Assembly (NCBI GenBank): GCA_032718475.1
Contig: JAUCBJ010001825.1
Coordinates: forward strand, 1-64,000
Source: Nemertoderma westbladi
Taxonomy: Eukaryota; Animalia; Xenacoelomorpha
Reading direction: 5' to 3'
Length of the DNA: 64,000 nt
The first letter of the stretch is position 1; each line of letters opens with the position of its first letter. Below the pieces are notes generated by a model that saw only the letters and a program-made list of their open reading frames with translations, did not search any database and was not told the origin of the DNA. Of this stretch, positions 60,101 through 64,000 are shown in pieces. A program made the position numbers and the translations under genes.

Positions 60101-63100
60101 AACCCGCACGTACTGCGGTACAACCGTCTGTGCCTTATGGGTTGGGGTGCAGATTAAAAGGGGTGGAACTGAACCCTCACGTACTGCGGTACAACCGTCT
60201 GTGCCTTATGGGTTGGGGTGCATATTAAAAGGGGTGGAACTGAACCCGCACGTACTGCGGTACAACCGTCTGTGCCTTATGGGTTGGGGTGCATATTAAA
60301 AGGTGTGTAACTGAACCCTCACGTACTGCGGTACAACCGTCTGTGCCTTATGGGTTGGGGTGCATATTAAAAGGGGTGGAACTGAACCCTCACGTACTGC
60401 GGTACAACCGTCTGTGCCTTATGGGTTGGGGTGCAGATTAAAAGGGGTGGAACTGAACCCGCACGTACTGCGGTACAACCGTCTGTGCCTTATGGGTTGG
60501 GGTGCATATTAAAAGGGGTGTAACTGAACCCTCACGTACTGCGGTACAACCGTCTGTGCCTTATGGGTTGGGGTGCAGATTAAAAGGGGTGGAACTGAAC
60601 CCGCACGTACTGCGGTACAACCGTCTGTGCCTTATGGGTTGGGGTGCAGATTAAAAGGGGTGGAACTGAACCCTCACGTACTGCGGTACAACCGTCTGTG
60701 CCTTATGGGTTGGGGTGCAGATTAAAAGGGGTTGAACTGAACCCTCACGTACTGCGGTACAACCGTCTGTGCCTTATGGGTTGGGGTGCATATTAAAAGG
60801 GGTGGAACTGAACCCTCACGTACTGCGGTACAACCGTCTGTGCCTTATGGGTTGGGGTGCAGATTAAAAGGGGTTGAACTGAACCCTCACGTACTGCGGT
60901 ACAACCGTCTGTGCCTTATGGGTTGGGGTGCATATTAAAAGGGGTGGAACTGAACCCTCACGTACTGCGGTACAACCGTCTGTGCCTTATGGGTTGGGGT
61001 GCATATTAAAAGGGGTGTGAACTGAACCCTCACGTACTGCGGTACAACCGTCTGTGCCTTATGGGTTGGGGTGCATATTAAAAGGTGTGGAACTGAACCC
61101 TCACGTACTGCGGTACAACCGTCTGTGCCTTATGGGTTGGGGTGCAGATTAAAAGGGGTGGAACTGAACCCTCACGTACTGCGGTACAACCGTCTGTGCC
61201 TTATGGGTTGGGGTGCATATTAAAAGGGGTGGAACTGAACCCGCACGTACTGCGGTACAACCGTCTGTGCCTTATGGGTTGGGGTGCATATTAAAAGGGG
61301 TGGAACTGAACCCTCACGTACTGCGGTACAACCGTCTGTGCCTTATGGGTTGGGGTGCAGATTAAAAGGGGTGGAACTGAACCCTCACGTACTGCGGTAC
61401 AACCGTCTGTGCCTTATGGGTTGGGGTGCATATTAAAAGGGGTGGAACTGAACCCTCACGTACTGCGGTACAACCGTCTGTGCCTTATGGGTTGGGGTGC
61501 ATATTAAAAGGTGTGTAACTGAACCCTCACGTACTGCGGTACAACCGTCTGTGCCTTATGGGTTGGGGTGCATATTAAAAGGTGTGTAACTGAACCCTCA
61601 CGTACTGCGGTACAACCGTCTGTGCCTTATGGGTTGGGGTGCATATTAAAAGGTGTGTAACTGAACCCGCACGTACTGCGGTACAACCGTCTGTGCCTTA
61701 TGGGTTGGGGTGCAGATTAAAAGGTGTGTAACTGAACCCGCACGTACTGCGGTACAACCGTCTGTGCCTTATGGGTTGGGGTGCAGATTAAAAGGGGTGG
61801 AACTGAACCCTCACGTACTGCGGTACAACCGTCTGTGCCTTATGGGTTGGGGTGCAGATTAAAAGGGGTGGAACTGAACCCGCACGTACTGCGGTACAAC
61901 CGTCTGTGCCTTATGGGTTGGGGTGCAGATTAAAAGGTGTGTAACTGAACCCTCACGTACTGCGGTACAACCGTCTGTGCCTTATGGGTTGGGGTGCATA
62001 TTAAAAGGTGTGTAACTGAACCCTCACGTACTGCGGTACAACCGTCTGTGCCTTATGGGTTGGGGTGCATATTAAAAGGGGTGGAACTGAACCCTCACGT
62101 ACTGCGGTACAACCGTCTGTGCCTTATGGGTTGGGGTGCATATTAAAAGGGGTTGAACTGAACCCTCACGTACTGCGGTACAACCGTCTGTGCCTTATGG
62201 GTTGGGGTGCATATTAAAAGGGGTGGAACTGAACCCGCACGTACTGCGGTACAACCGTCTGTGCCTTATGGGTTGGGGTGCAGATTAAAAGGGGTGGAAC
62301 TGAACCCTCACGTACTGCGGTACAACCGTCTGTGCCTTATGGGTTGGGGTGCATATTAAAAGGGGTGTAACTGAACCCTCACGTACTGCGGTACAACCGT
62401 CTGTGCCTTATGGGTTGGGGTGCAGATTAAAAGGGGTGGAACTGAACCCTCACGTACTGCGGTACAACCGTCTGTGCCTTATGGGTTGGGGTGCATATTA
62501 AAAGGGGTGGAACTGAACCCTCACGTACTGCGGTACAACCGTCTGTGCCTTATGGGTTGGGGTGCAGATTAAAAGGTGTGTAACTGAACCCGCACGTACT
62601 GCGGTACAACCGTCTGTGCCTTATGGGTTGGGGTGCATATTAAAAGGGGTGGAACTGAACCCTCACGTACTGCGGTACAACCGTCTGTGCCTTATGGGTT
62701 GGGGTGCAGATTAAAAGGTGTGTAACTGAACCCTCACGTACTGCGGTACAACCGTCTGTGCCTTATGGGTTGGGGTGCATATTAAAAGGTGTGTAACTGA
62801 ACCCGCACGTACTGCGGTACAACCGTCTGTGCCTTATGGGTTGGGGTGCAGATTAAAAGGGGTGGAACTGAACCCGCACGTACTGCGGTACAACCGTCTG
62901 TGCCTTATGGGTTGGGGTGCATATTAAAAGGTGTGTAACTGAACCCTCACGTACTGCGGTACAACCGTCTGTGCCTTATGGGTTGGGGTGCATATTAAAA
63001 GGTGTGTAACTGAACCCGCACGTACTGCGGTACAACCGTCTGTGCCTTATGGGTTGGGGTGCATATTAAAAGGGGTTGAACTGAACCCTCACGTACTGCG

Positions 63101-64000
63101 GTACAACCGTCTGTGCCTTATGGGTTGGGGTGCAGATTAAAAGGTGTGTAACTGAACCCGCACGTACTGCGGTACAACCGTCTGTGCCTTATGGGTTGGG
63201 GTGCAGATTAAAAGGGGTGGAACTGAACCCTCACGTACTGCGGTACAACCGTCTGTGCCTTATGGGTTGGGGTGCAGATTAAAAGGTGTGTAACTGAACC
63301 CGCACGTACTGCGGTACAACCGTCTGTGCCTTATGGGTTGGGGTGCATATTAAAAGGGGTGGAACTGAACCCTCACGTACTGCGGTACAACCGTCTGTGC
63401 CTTATGGGTTGGGGTGCAGATTAAAAGGTGTGTAACTGAACCCGCACGTACTGCGGTACAACCGTCTGTGCCTTATGGGTTGGGGTGCAGATTAAAAGGG
63501 GTGGAACTGAACCCTCACGTACTGCGGTACAACCGTCTGTGCCTTATGGGTTGGGGTGCAGATTAAAAGGGGTGGAACTGAACCCGCACGTACTGCGGTA
63601 CAACCGTCTGTGCCTTATGGGTTGGGGTGCAGATTAAAAGGGGTGGAACTGAACCCTCACGTACTGCGGTACAACCGTCTGTGCCTTATGGGTTGGGGTG
63701 CAGATTAAAAGGGGTGTGAACTGAACCCGCACGTACTGCGGTACAACCGTCTGTGCCTTATGGGTTGGGGTGCAGATTAAAAGGGGTGGAACTGAACCCT
63801 CACGTACTGCGGTACAACCGTCTGTGCCTTATGGGTTGGGGTGCAGATTAAAAGGGGTGGAACTGAACCCGCACGTACTGCGGTACAACCGTCTGTGCCT
63901 TATGGGTTGGGGTGCAGATTAAAAGGGGTTGAACTGAACCCTCACGTACTGCGGTACAACCGTCTGTGCCTTATGGGTTGGGGTGCAGATTAAAAGGGGT
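54142..64000. repeat. 71-bp tandem satellite, ~139 copies in the window, continuing past the window end
   Basis: Unit CTCACGTACTGCGGTACAACCGTCTGTGCCTTATGGGTTGGGGTGCAKATTAAAAGGKGTKKAACTGAACC, repeated with high homogeneity. Confidence 0.98.

Overview
Repeat-rich eukaryotic (most likely invertebrate animal) genomic DNA. From left to right: the 3' end and 3' LTR (1210-2440) of an LTR retrotransposon; a ~23.5-kb array of ~490 copies of a 48-bp unit; four intact, phase-compatible exons of a glycerophosphocholine acyltransferase (Gpc1/GPCAT, DUF2838-like) gene; nested LINE, SINE, MITE and solo-LTR debris with several minisatellites; a single-ORF candidate secreted or membrane coiled-coil/Cys-rich gene; a full-length, young BEL/Pao LTR retrotransposon (39558-53580, minus strand); and a 71-bp satellite that runs off the right end. 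Two observations stand out. (1) The 48-bp satellite unit is the intron/exon junction of the GPCAT gene itself, so the gene sits behind hundreds of tandem copies of its own splice acceptor. (2) The BEL/Pao element carries, where env normally lies, an accessory ORF with a WRN/RNase D-like DEDDy 3'-5' exonuclease plus three CCHC zinc knuckles. All family assignments are by-eye motif recognition, not database searches.
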